Below are positions 11,302-22,729 of a stretch of 64,000 nt of DNA, one piece after another; the first letter of the stretch is position 1, and every line of letters begins with the position of its first letter. Source of the stretch: Vicugna vicugna (Eukaryota); NCBI GenBank assembly GCA_013265495.1, contig MU057887.1, forward strand, positions 3,445,576 through 3,509,575. The letters are read 5' to 3'. Under the pieces are notes generated by a model. It was not told where the DNA came from and ran no database searches. It saw only the letters and a list, made by a program, of their open reading frames with translations. The position numbers were made by a program, and so were the translations under genes.

Positions 11302-14159
11302 GAAAAGCCAGAGGCCAGCACTGTGCGCAGCCTCCCAGGGGACTCCACACGTGGAAACACACCTGGAGGGAAGTTCAAGGGTCAAGGAAGGATCTCCATT
11401 TCCTGAAACCCAGAAACGGGGGCTAGGTCATTCCGTCCACGCTTCCTGCAGAGCATGGAAAAGGCTGCCCAGAACACAGGCTCGCCTCCTGAGGCATCCT
11501 TTCTCCCCATTGAGGTACAGCAGACAAGATTTTTAAATGACTTCAGCATCGTGATTAAAACATGAGTTAATGAACATACACAGAACATTAAATATGACAC
11601 ATTTCACACTTTCTTTTCCACACTCCCAAAGCACTTACGAAAACTTCCTATGTACCAGGCCATCACCCATCACCCTGGGCCATGGAACCTGTTTCCGGAA
11701 TTGGTGTCACACACAGTGTGTCCCCGAGCACAGGGCAGTCGAGGTCGGACGCCGTAACGAGTAACTACGCATATCCAGAGTCTGGACACAAAGAAGCCAC
11801 TTCTGAGGCATCAGGGAGGGAAGACACAGCGACTGAGACTGGGAAACAGCTTTAAACGTGTGACGGAAATCCGGCGCACCGAGCTCGGGCCGCGCAGTCA
11901 CGCGCAGAGGAAAGCGCTCTGGCCTCAAAGGCTCAAGTCAGAAGAGGAGTCTCAAAACTGATGTTTCCAGGAGCCAGAAAGTGAACAGCAAAACAAACAG
12001 GCTTAGACTTTAAAGCAGTGATAGCATCAAAAATTAGCGAAAGTGAGAGCAGCTGAACAGCAGAGGGGACGGGACAAAACGTATCTTCCACGTGACTAAC
12101 AACACGGAAGAACTTGCGGTAAAATCAAGGAGGAAAACCGATGACAAAAATAACCCACATGAGGGCTCTCACGGCAGCTGTGCAGGCGTCGAGCAGACGT
12201 CTGTGGACAACTTAATGCCAATAGACGTGAAGATCTGGACCACACGGACCGACTGCTAGAAGAAATATAACTTAACAAAAGCTTAGTCGAGGAGAAATAG
12301 AAAACTTGCAAAGTCCTACAATCATAGAGAAACTCAGTCTCAGAAACAAACGTCTTCCTACAAAGCAGAGTCCAGGCGCACAGGCGTCCCAGCAGCCCCG
12401 TCAGAGGCCCGGCCTTGCACAAACCTCCCCGCAGGCCAGAGGAAGGTCTTCCAATGGTTTTCATTCACTTAGCACAACCCTCACATCCAAACCCACTTAC
12501 GGCTGTTTTCAAAAGGAAAGTTTCAGGCCAGCCTCATCCACAAACTCAGACATAAAATTCACAAACATTGTCAAACCAAATTTACCAATAACTAAGACTA
12601 GTGCCTCGTGGGCACAGAGGATTTATCCCAGAAATTCACGGTTTGGCACAGAGAACCCAGCACCAGCATCAAAGGAATTCACCCCAGGCTCCGAGGAAAG
12701 GAGAAAGCCATTTGTCAGCTCAATAGATACAGAAGAATTTGAAAAAAATCCAACATTCAGTCAAAACAAAAATTTTAAAACTTCAGTTAAGCAAGACGAG
12801 AAGATCGCTTACTCTGAAACAAGGCATCAATTTTAAAAATAAAATAAAATAAAATAAAATACAGAGGACACCACCCTTGGCTGCGAGGCGCGGGAAGGCG
12901 CCCTCTAAGATGAGAAGAAGCCAAACATTCTTCTTTCCATCAAGTCAGGATGGGCTGGAGGCCTACGTGCCCTCCAAAAAAAAACAAGGCCATAAGGATT
13001 GAAAAATAAGATGCAAACTGTACCTATCCACAGATGACAAGAGAAATTAGCTACAGATAAACTGCAGGAATTAATAAGAGAGCTTAGCAAGACCACCCAG
13101 GGCAAAATCAATACAGCAGAATCAATTATTTCCACATAAACAGCTGGAAAACGCAGGTTTTGGAAAGCCCCATTTACAACAACACAGGGAAATAGCTGCG
13201 ATCTAGAGTGTGTGTCGCAGAGGAAGCGCTCAACGCCCACCGAGGGTTCGGTGGCCCTTCACAGGAACGTCACGGGAGAGCGCAGTTACAGCGTTGCTTC
13301 TACCCACGAACGGGAACACCTAATCCAGCAAAGACGTCCGTTGTTCCCAGACGACCCGCAAAAGTGACCTGCGTGGAGCTTGCCGAGCGGGGTCTGCAAC
13401 CCCTACGTGAGGGCGAAGGTCGGGTGATGACGGCGATCCTGAGCATCACCGCGGGGACAGCGCTCTGCCAGGCTCCCAGGGCGCTACGAAACTGGCGAGC
13501 GGGGCGCGCTGGTGCTGGCTCCCGGTCCGACGGGGGGCCGCGGAGGCAGGAACCGGCCGCGTCGGAGCAGGCGCGCACGGGCGGCAGCTCGTGCAGGGGG
13601 TGGGGCTGCCTCAGAGCGCCCAACGAGCGTGGTCTTCTCCGTAAGTGGCGGGGGAACTCCGACGTCCACGTGGAAGTAAGGAAGCCGACCCTGGCCACCC
13701 CCCACCCGGGGCAGCAAGGTTTCCTGTAAGTACCTCGGCCGCGAAGAGCCGCGTGGCTGCGTCTGCCCCGCCGCTCAGCTCAGCCAGTGGGCAAACGACA
13801 CGGAGACAACTGGGGACGGCTGTGTCCCAGTGAACCTTCACTGACAGAGCCGGCTGTGGCCGATTCGGCCCTGGGCTAGGCTTCGCTAACCCGTGCCAGA
13901 CCCCAAAGTCAGTCCTCGCGAATCACAGACCTAAGCATGAAAGACGAACCTGATAGTTATTAAAAGACAAGACGGAAAATACCTTTGCGACCTGGGGGAG
14001 AGATGCAGGCCTCCACACGGCCCGGTGAAAACCCTAACCATCAAAGGAAATGCTGAGAGACCAGCTGATTTAAATCGCGAGCTAGAGTCGGTGACTCTGT
14101 ACGGTGTGACTGAAATCTGCCAGAGAGTGAACAAATCTTCTCAGAAAAAAATATATACA

Positions 14160-14295
14160 CATGTAGCAACGGATGTGATAATGAACAAGATGGGGATCCT
14201 TTCTCAGTGCAGGTGTATGTGAAATCACCACAATGTACACTTCAAATACCTCACAACTTTGTCAGTTATAGTTCAATAAAGCTAAAAAAATAAAA
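14160..14295 (+). mobile_element. L1MA/MB-like 3' terminal fragment with polyA signal and tail
   Basis: 'aaatcaccacaatgtacacttcaaatacctcacaactttgtcagttatagttcaataaagctaaaaaaa'. Confidence 0.75.
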
Positions 14296-14344
14296 TACAA
14301 TCAAACAAGCTAACACTAAAAATATAAATTAGAAATTAAAAAAT

Positions 14345-14760
14345 TAAACTGTCCATCAACAGATAAATGGATGAAAAAGATATATGTGTGCAGAATATTA
14401 CTCAGCCATAAAAAAGAATGAAATTTTGCCATTTGCAGCAACATGGGTAGACTTGGAAGGCATTACATTAAGTGAAATAGATCAGAGAAAGACAAACACT
14501 GTATGATATCACATGTGGAATTTTTTTAAAACAATAGACTAGTGAATAAAACAAAAAAGAAATAGATTTACAGATACAGAGAACAAACTAGTGGTTCCCA
14601 GTGGTGGGGGGACAACACAGGAGTGAGAGGCAAAGGGGGGTTATGGGATTACATGAAATCATGTGTGTGAAACAGGAAAACTGTAACACACTATAGAATT
14701 TAAAGAATCTTTCACTCAAGTAAAGACTCATGAAAGAAAACAATTAAAAATAAATTAAAA
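14345..14760 (+). mobile_element. 5'-truncated artiodactyl-type L1 3' end nested in an older L1
   Basis: 'tgtccatcaacagataaatggatg...ttactcagccataaaaaagaatgaaattttgccatttgcagcaacatggg'; ends 'gaatttaaagaatctttcactcaag'. 'aaattaaaaa' on both sides is a probable TSD. Confidence 0.88.
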
Positions 14761-17559
14761 ACTTAGGTTCACCAAAGGATACCCTGTGACCAATCAAAAT
14801 CTGAAATCCAGGATCCATAAAGAACTCCTGGAGATCAACGTTTTCTTAAAGGCTGAAAAAACAGCAGAAAAAACAGACAAATGTTTCAAACAGGCCCCTG
14901 ATAAAAGAGGAACTCCAAATGGGCCGAAACGAAAACCTGTCCAGGAAGGCCGACTCCAGCCATGCTGGCAGCACCGCACACACCACACCCGCAGACCGCA
15001 GGGGGAGGGCGTCAGAGGGACCCTCGGACCAGCCCCGCGAGGGCAGTGCTCCTGCGGGAACCTCAGCTCGCTCCCGCTCCAGCCCCTGGGGTGGGGTGCC
15101 CGCCTGGCGGTGGGGCCCAGAGATGACCGTCCGCTCCAGCAGGGCGGGAGTCCAGGTGCCTGCAGAGCCCTGGCCCACCTCCCACGAGCACAGAGACACA
15201 CATGTACACACACAGACATAAACATGCGCGCACACGCACACACACACACACACACGGACACACGGACACCGGCCCTGCCCCCTCACTCCCATCCCCCACC
15301 CTGGTCAGAACAGAGCCAGGTGGGGGGACAGGACACAAGGAGGAGATATGGGGCGGTCTGGCCGGGACCACCCAGAGGAAACAGGTGCAGTGTGAATGAG
15401 GCCGGAACAAGGGGTCCTCTTGTGGTCCCCGAGGCCACAGTGAGGAGGAGGCAGAGCAGGGTGGGCCCTCCAGCTGAGGAGCCCCCCCGGGAGGTCAAGA
15501 TGCACAGATCAGAGTGACCACGACCAGGGGCTGTGAGACCCGGGGAGCAGGACAAGGGGCGGCTGGAAGGTGGGCGGGAGAGCGCAGGGGGGCTGGGAGG
15601 CAAGAGGGGCGACAGTGGGTGTCAGCCTGTGTCCCCGTCCCCACCGTGTTCCCATACACCCCGCCCAGCACGGGGCACGCGGGGGTGGGGGTGTCTGTGT
15701 GGGTGTGTCCCCGGCATGGCCCGGGGGCGTGTGCACAGTGGCCCACGTGTTCCAAGGACTGAGCTGTGCCCGGGGCCGGGACAGATGCCCCGACCCTCCA
15801 ACGAGCGAGAGGGCACGAGCCGTCCTGCAGTCCTCACGCCTTGTGCGCGGTGACCCGGTTACAGCCCGTTCCAATCTGTCCAGGTGTCAAAGCGTGCCTT
15901 CCGTCTTGGCTCGGGCTCCATGGTTCTATGTGCTGCTGAAACCTTTGGAGACGAATTCTCACTTCAAAAACGCTGTGTTCGGAGCTGACGGCCAGATCGC
16001 AGGTGCTGGAACAAGCTCCCAAGGAACCACAGGCGCCCGTGAGCCGCCAGCCATGCCGCGAGCAGGACGGACAGGCAGCCAGCTGGACTGCGCTCCCTTC
16101 CATCCATCCCTCGTCATCCACCGGACGGAACACGGGCTGACCCTGATGGGGACCCTCGGGGGGACGGCCACTTTCTGCCCAAACAGCAGGCCCTGGACTG
16201 TGGACAGGATCTCTCGGCAACGCTGCTGGTTAGTGCACTTTGAGAATTTCCTGTGAAACCTCAGAGAACTGCCTCTCGACCGTTGATGGGCTGGCACTTG
16301 AACAAACATCCCAACAAATGAAGCTTCAGAAGACGCAGGCGAGGAGCCCACAGTTTGTGAATGGGAACCACCCCTCCTTGGGGAGTAGGGGCCGCGGATG
16401 CAGCCTTCCTGTAAACAGGAGGCCCCCCCCCAGCCACCACTTAAGGCATTGAAACACTCGCCTGAGACAGCGGCTCCTGAAGAAGGAAAACGCAAAGTCC
16501 TGGACCCTCGACCGCTGTCACCAGCAGAAATAAGGGCGAGGCCACAGACATCACCGCCCTCCAGCACCTTCTAACACATGCACCGTCAAGACTGGCCCCA
16601 GAGCAGGGCCAGGCGCGCGTGGAAACACACACCCCTGCAGTCTTATATCCCTTCTTTGTTACCGAACTTGAGTTCTGCATGTGGGAACTGAAGCTTCCAA
16701 CCTTGAATGTGCTGAGGATCAGAAACAAGGCGGCCTGTTCATTGATTCCAGCGGGGCAAGGGGGAGCCGCAGGCCAGGCACCCGAGTCAGCAGGACCAGG
16801 GCCGTCAGGGAATCTGAGACGCATCCTCTTCCCGGACCAAAATGCTGTGTCTGTGAGCGGCAGACAGAGCAATGGGAGCAGACACCCTCGATGTCCTGGA
16901 AAGCAGCTGGCGCTCCAGCCAGGACCCCGTCCCCGGAGGAGCTGGATGGGAGCAATGGCCTTGGGCGGAGAGCACGCACGGCCACCGTGCTCCTGCCTGG
17001 ACACAGGTCAGGACAGAGGGTCAGGGAAGCGAGAGGAGAGTAGCAGTCCTTCCCAGGTCAGAGCTGACCACTGAGGACTCGACTGCCCTCTCACAAACCC
17101 AGGGGACCCCACGCTTGTGCACCGAGGTCCATCAGGTCAGAGTGGCCTGAGCTGGATCTGATCACTGGGGGTCGGGTGTGGGGGGTCCTCCTGGACCAAC
17201 AAATTCTGCTCCCTCTCAGCCGGGGCAGCCGAGGGCTGGGTCTTCCACACATCACAGCCGAGGGAGGCGGCCTCACGGCAAAGCCATTGCTGCCCCAAGG
17301 AAACAGAACGGACATACTCAAGAACCAGCGCACTGACAGAGACGAGGCTACGTCAGTCTCGTGGCAAAATAAGGACAGGCGGGGGTCAGCTCACCGAGGA
17401 GTTTGATTTTAAAGTGTTTCTTGTGCTATTAAACGACCTCAGGGAAACAGCCACGTCAGGTCCCAGAACCAAACTCACACGATTCTGCTGACAAAGGGGA
17501 GCAGGGACGGTGAGGGACCAGCAGCGGGTGGGGCCCCGACTGACAAGCCACCGTAACAG

Positions 17560-19010
17560 CAGCAATGACTGAAAACCGTCATCTTATACGGACAGAAGGT
17601 ACGACCTGAATACTGAAATTACTGTAGTGAACTTGGGTGAGCTTAATAATAACAAGGCACTGAAATTCTTGTGTGAGACCGAGACTAACAAAAATATTTT
17701 CAAATTTGGCAGGAAGGCAATTATGGTGGAAGAACCTCACCTACAGCTCAGTCTTCAAACACGGAAACAGACGAGACCGATGGGGAAACGACAATGTGAT
17801 TAATAAGGCTGACTTAACGAATGCCCTGCACAGGCACAGCACCTACTCTGCCTCTAAAATCCATGAAGGATTTGCAAGCGTTGGCCATAAAAAAGGTCGC
17901 AGGATAGAAACCATGGTAAATTGTAACAGAGAAGAACAACAGGCTTACGGTCTGAAGACGGTACAGCCACACCAGGAAACACCACCAAAACGAACAAAGC
18001 TTAGGCGAAGTCCAGCCGTGCGCTAACTTAAAACACGTGCATGAATAATTCTCCGTTTAAAGAGAAAATCAATACTCTAAACATAAGCTTTCCGAAAAGC
18101 ACAAGGATTTTGAGTGGACATGCCAACAGTGCGGCCGTGGCCCCTCCTGAGGGGCGGCCCAGGTTTCAGACTCAACAGAAGACAAGGGAACCGGAGGCTG
18201 CGACCCGAAACGCCCAGAGCTGCAAGGAGGACAGGGAGGCGGGGGAGGGGCCTCGGGGGGAGCGCGGAAAGCCAGGACTTCTGCCTCTAGAACTCTGAAG
18301 AACAGCTGGTTCTTTGGGGAAAGAGCCAAGGAAGTAAAGAAGCCTCTGAAAACCAGCGGAAAAGAAGGCAGAACACACCAAGGTGCAAACACGCTTCATG
18401 GCAGCAGAACCCGGCAGCAAACGCCAGTCCCGGGAGAGCGCAGCTCCCTAAAAGGCGCTCGAGACGCAGAAAGCCTGAGTGGGCGATAACCAGACAGCAA
18501 AGGTGGCCCCGACCACCTCGGAAAGTGGCCGTGAGCCCAGGGTCCCACCGAGGAGCACTTGGAAACGACAAATCAGGAACCGTTCCAAAGCATGAAAAAT
18601 AGGAAGCTCGGCCTGATGCCTTTGAAGCCTGGAAGACTCTTAATTCCAAGGAAATCAACGTTATTTGGTGAAAAATCAACATTTCCTCATGGGGAAAAAG
18701 GAAGGAAGATGTTTATAATCTAGGGATAAGAGAGCACCCACTTTTCAGGACAAACATTATTTTCAGTTCTAAGCTTCCTCACACGTAAGGAGGAAAACCC
18801 CCATTAAACACATGGCTGGTGATACCCACTGTCTGCACTGTTATTAAACATTGTTTCAGCAGTTTAGTCAAAGCAGCCACATATGACAGAAAGCAGAGGG
18901 AGGAGTACTTGCAGGCGGTGCAACCTGAAAACTGAAAAAAATAAATCAGCTGAAAAGAAGGAAATGATCAGTAGCACCAACAACTTTGGAAAGTAAATGA
19001 AGAGTACATC
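17560..19010 (+). mobile_element. Degenerate old L1 ORF2 fragments
   Basis: EN-like 'taataaggctgacttaacgaatgccctgc...ttggccataaaaaagg' and A-rich L1-like composition. Confidence 0.6.
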
Positions 19011-19060
19011 CCAGGTCTCTGCCAAAGAGCGGCAGTAACGGAGACGGCCCACAGGACCAA

Positions 19061-19160
19061 CCACGGGAATATGCCCACGGGAACATGACCACGGGAACAG
19101 GACCACGGGAACACGCCCACGGGAACATGCCCAGGGCAACATGGCCACAGGAGCATGCTT
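19061..19160. repeat. Minisatellite, 14-bp unit CCACGGGAACATGC, 7 copies
   Basis: Units ccacgggaatatgc / ccacgggaacatga / ccacgggaacagga / ccacgggaacacgc / ccacgggaacatgc / ccagggcaacatgg / ccacaggagcatgc. Confidence 0.95.
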
Positions 19161-19589
19161 GTTCGCAGGAGCCTCACAGCCATGGAGCCATGAACAAGAT
19201 AAGGACCCTGGGGTCCTGGAGAATCAGCCTCAGAGCCTCCCTGGGCCACAGGCACATCGCGTAACCAAGGCAGATCCCACGCTGGTGTCCAGGCCCCCGT
19301 CCAGCACCTGCTGTGCCCATCAGGCAACAGCAGTGGTGAGAATGGGCCTCCTGGTGCATCCGGGCCGGATGGGACCTAGAAGGAGTCCTGGGGGTGGAGA
19401 GGAGGGGAGGACCCCAGCTGACCAGTGGACAGCCAGGTACCCAGGAAGGAGGAGAGTTTGCACCAGGAGAGGGACGGGTGGGCTCCTGGACACAGGGGCC
19501 ACGCAGGGCTCAGAGACAGGAATGTGATCCCAGGGGGTCAGGCTGGCCCCCAACAGAGTGACTTCTGTGTCAGAGCTGGAGCCTGGGGC

Positions 19590-20050
19590 CACAAACATCA
19601 AGCCGTCAAAAGATACGGAGGGAACATAAACGTGCATCCCTGAGTGAAAGAAACTCTCCTGGAAACCCCACTTGCTATGTGATTTCAGCTCTAGGACATT
19701 CTGCAGAAGCAAAACCGTGGAGACAGGAAAAGACTCAGGGTCGCCTGGGGGTGGGGGGGGAGCACAGAGGACTTTCAGGGCAGAGAAACGGCTCTGTGGG
19801 ACACTGCAACGGTAGACGCACATCATGACACGTGTGTCCCCACCCACAGAAGACACGGCACCAAGAGGGAGGCAGGGTGCGAACAGTGGACATGGGTGAT
19901 GCTGACAAGTCGCCTGTAGCGACGGCCCGTCTGGTAGGGGAGGGGCAGGGGGATCTGAGACATGCCTGCAGTTTTGCTGTGAACCTAAAACTGCTCTAAA
20001 AAATTAAGCCTAGCACTTAATATACAGTTCTAAAATACAAAATAAACAAA
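19590..20050 (+). mobile_element. L1MC-like 3' end
   Basis: Terminal motif 'ttttgctgtgaacctaaaactgctctaaaaaattaa'; internal 'gcacagaggactttcagggcagagaaacggctctgtgggacactgcaacggtagac'. Confidence 0.85.
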
Positions 20051-21069
20051 CAAACAGGGGCAGCAGCAGCCCCTCCCCAGAGAGCTGGGCTTGGCCATCC
20101 GCGCACTCTGGAACGTCCGGGAGCTGCACGAACACCACCTCCACCCAGCGGCTCTCTGACTATCTGGCGTCGGGGGGACAGCAGGGGCCCCAGGGCCTCC
20201 CGGGTCCGCCCAGCACCAGGCACAGGAGGGCCAGGGACCTCAGAGCCCCCAGAGTTGAGTGAGACCGCCAGGGCCACCCCAGCCCACTCCCCGCCTGACA
20301 CGACAGAGTCTTCCACGTGCCCGGAAACGCGAGGATTCCTCTCAAGACAGCGCTCACTTCCCGTGGGGTGCCCCCTCTCCGCCATCAGGAAGCCTCCCTC
20401 CCTGGGCCCTGGCCTCCCTCTCTCCATGCCTCCCCTTGGCCGGATCCAGCCCTGGAACTGCACGAGACACGGCCACCGGCTCTGCCCCTCCCTCCCTTCC
20501 CTTTCCCCACTTTTCCCAGCCCCTCAAAGTCTCTCATCTGACCGCTTCTGAGCCACTCTGCCTGGCAAGCCCCTCGCACTGGCTGTGCTGTTCACAGCAA
20601 TGGACACACAAGTGACCGTCCCCTCCACCATTCTTCCTGCTCTGCTCTCATTAATGCAACCTGGCAGTGCACTCCCTTGAGGGGCAGTGATGTTCTCCCT
20701 TCAGCTCACAGTCAGACCGCAGCCGGCTCAGACCCCCTGCCGTCCTCACGCTCTGCTGTGAGGCCACGCCACCCTCTCCCTGTTGTTTGCTGTGGATGTC
20801 TGGGCAGAGTCTCGGGGCTCCGTGCACTGTCTTACAGAGGCCCAGCTCTCAGACTAACTCTAGAGTGAACACGGGTGTCATGTCACCCCAATTCCATCCT
20901 TCAACCTCCGAGCTGTTCCTGGGATGGTGAGCACCCTGTCCTGAGCGTCCTCAGCACGTGGGACAGGGCAGGGCCCAGGGCGGACACCTGCCACCACCTG
21001 GGTCCGTGCTCCTCGAGAGACACGGAAAAGCCAGCTCGGAACCAGGACAGGCTGGAATCCTGACCTGTC

Positions 21070-21220
21070 CCTCACTGGTCACTTATTTAATGTCCCCTGC
21101 CTCTGTTTCCCCACTTAAAAACAGGGTGGTAAACATTTGTACGGTCAGAGTTGTGAGGGTTAACGAGTTAATGTGTGGAGAAGTGGCCCCCACAACACAC
21201 ACGCACTCGGAAAGCACTGG
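21070..21220. mobile_element. MIR SINE relic
   Basis: MIR core-like 'gcctctgtttccccacttaaaaacagggtggtaa...gagttgtgagggttaacgagttaatg'. Confidence 0.75.
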
Positions 21221-21434
21221 CGTTTCCTCCTCATCCACATTTTCTGCCAGGTCCTTAAAAAGGTCACATGCAATATCAGACGCCCAGCCCATCTCCTCCT
21301 GCTCCAGGGCCCAGCTCGCCCTAGACGGAAAAGTCGCCCCTGGGGAGGAGCCAGAGGGCCTCCCTTTCTGTGTTCACAAAGTCCCTTCTGAGGGCACATT
21401 CTAGAACACTACCGAGGTGTCAGGGACAAGCCAG

Positions 21435-21509
21435 GTGGCGGCAGGGGCGGGGCGGGAGGGGAGCGCCGCGGCGCAGAGCCCCCGGGAGCCGCCGGCCTGG
21501 CCCCGCCGA
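21435..21509 (+). promoter_or_regulatory. Candidate GC-box/CpG promoter or 5' UTR of the DHHC gene
   Basis: Overlapping GGGGCGGGG/GGGCGG Sp/KLF boxes at ~21445-21462 at the start of a CpG-dense island that runs to ~22250. No ATG in this segment. Confidence 0.5.
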
Positions 21510-21716
21510 NNNNNNNNNNNNNNNNNNNNNNNNNNNNNNNNNNNNNNNNNNNNNNNNNNNNNNNNNNNNNNNNNNNNNNNNNNNNNNNNNNNNNNNNNNN
21601 NNNNNNNNNNNNNNNNNNNNNNNNNNNNNNNNNNNNNNNNNNNNNNNNNNNNNNNNNNNNNNNNNNNNNNNNNNNNNNNNNNNNNNNNNNNNNNNNNNNN
21701 NNNNNNNNNNNNNNNN
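21510..21716. other. Assembly gap (207 N) inside the DHHC gene
   Basis: Run of N. Confidence 1.
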
Positions 21717-22250
21717 GGCCAGGCGCCCCGCGGCCCCCGCTGCCCGCTCTGCGGCGCCGTGCGCCCGCCGGGCGCCTTCCACTGCAGCGTGTGCGGCCGC
21801 TGCATCCGCAGGATGGACCACCACTGCCCGTGGGTCAACAACTGCGTGGGCGAGGACAACCAGAAGTTCTTCGTGCTGTTCACGCTCTACACGGCGCTGG
21901 CCGCGCTGCACGTGCTGCTGCTGCTCGGCGTCCCCGCGCTGCGCGCCTACGCGCTCGGGGAGTGGGGCCTGCAGAGCAGCGTGCGGCTCCCGGGCTCGCT
22001 CCTCTTCCTCTTCCTGGTGGCCCTGAACGGCTTCCTCTTCGCCGCCGTGGTATTCATCGTCCAGATGCACAGCATCCTCACGGACCAAACCACCCTCGAG
22101 CAGCCAGAGGGGGAGAGGGGCCGGCCGGGCCGCGCGTCCCCGTGGACGAACCTGAAGGCCGTCCTGGGCCACCGCCCCTCCCCGGCCTGGATCAGCCCCT
22201 TCGCCGCCCCGGAACCTCGGGCCGCCAGCGGGCCGCCCAACGTGGCCTGA
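21717..22250 (+). CDS. ZDHHC25: Intronless DHHC palmitoyltransferase (protein S-acyltransferase), ZDHHC3/7-clade, probable ZDHHC25 orthologue; 5' part lies in the gap
   Basis: Complete cysteine-rich domain CPLC-x9-HCSVCGRC-x4-DHHCPWVNNCVGEDNQKFF (DHHC codons 21816-21827), two following hydrophobic helices, TTxE motif (TTLE), PaCCT-like NLKAVLG...WISPF, TGA at 22248-22250. No stops or introns over 177 codons and very high GC3. The family call is strong. The symbol rests on remembered similarity to mouse Zdhhc25 (HVLLLLG-P-L-x-Y-A-x-GEW segment) and is less certain (~0.7). Confidence 0.93.
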   Translation, partial: GQAPRGPRCPLCGAVRPPGAFHCSVCGRCIRRMDHHCPWVNNCVGEDNQKFFVLFTLYTALAALHVLLLLGVPALRAYALGEWGLQSSVRLPGSLLFLFLVALNGFLFAAVVFIVQMHSILTDQTTLEQPEGERGRPGRASPWTNLKAVLGHRPSPAWISPFAAPEPRAASGPPNVA

Positions 22251-22527
22251 GGCCTCCTGTGGGAGTCTGCCGCCATCCACTAAATTGGAGCAGGCGTTCG
22301 GGGGGAGATGGCAGCAGCAGACTCAACAGCAAGGCGCCTTTCCTCCGCGTCCGCTGAGCAGGCCGGCACGACCGAGAATTTAAAAAGTGCCAGGTTCTCG
22401 TCTGAGCAGAAAGCGGGGTTTAGGACATGCAAGCTTCCAAGAAAATACGTGAGGCCAGACCCTTTCCCCAGAGGAGCGTGAACTGTACGGCCCCTTGCTC
22501 TGCGCCAGCATTTTCATGAGGAAAACA

Positions 22528-22533
22528 ATTAAA
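22528..22533 (+). terminator. Candidate polyadenylation signal ATTAAA for the DHHC gene
   Basis: First common polyA hexamer after the stop codon (~280 nt downstream), followed by GT-rich 'gtgtggtgg'. Confidence 0.4.
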
Positions 22534-22729
22534 TCCACAACATGCAGGAACAAAGTGTGGTGGACTGGTGGGGCAGCCTGCTAAACGTGGCAGCTACACA
22601 GCGGTAACGGCGTGGCCCCTCAGCCCTGGTCTGTTGTGAGTGGCCAGGCTGCCTAACCTGGTGTCCAGCCCTCCTTGCGGTCCTGACAAACCAGCTCCCT
22701 GGCGTTGGATACGTGTACAGCCTGTTGGG

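Larger units (their letters stand above)
11500..15450 (+). mobile_element. Long degenerate old L1 ORF2 (endonuclease region through 3' end), interrupted by younger insertions
   Basis: EN-like 'gttaatgaacatacacagaacattaaa...ttcttttccacac'; RT-like 'tcaatagatacagaagaatttgaaaaaaatccaacattc'; 'caggaattaataagagagcttagcaag...aaaatcaatacagcagaatcaatt'. Many stops and frameshifts. Confidence 0.8.

Noticed and set aside
19061..19160. Regular repeats as a CRISPR-like array
   Set aside because: The 14-bp units are head-to-tail with no unique spacers, the context is mammalian, and there are no cas genes.
21420..22280. 286-aa ORF antisense to the DHHC gene, and the alternate-frame ORFs 21370-22026 and 21791-22357
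   Set aside because: Shadow ORFs caused by very high GC3 (few stop codons) and N-gap read-through; they contain no recognisable domains.
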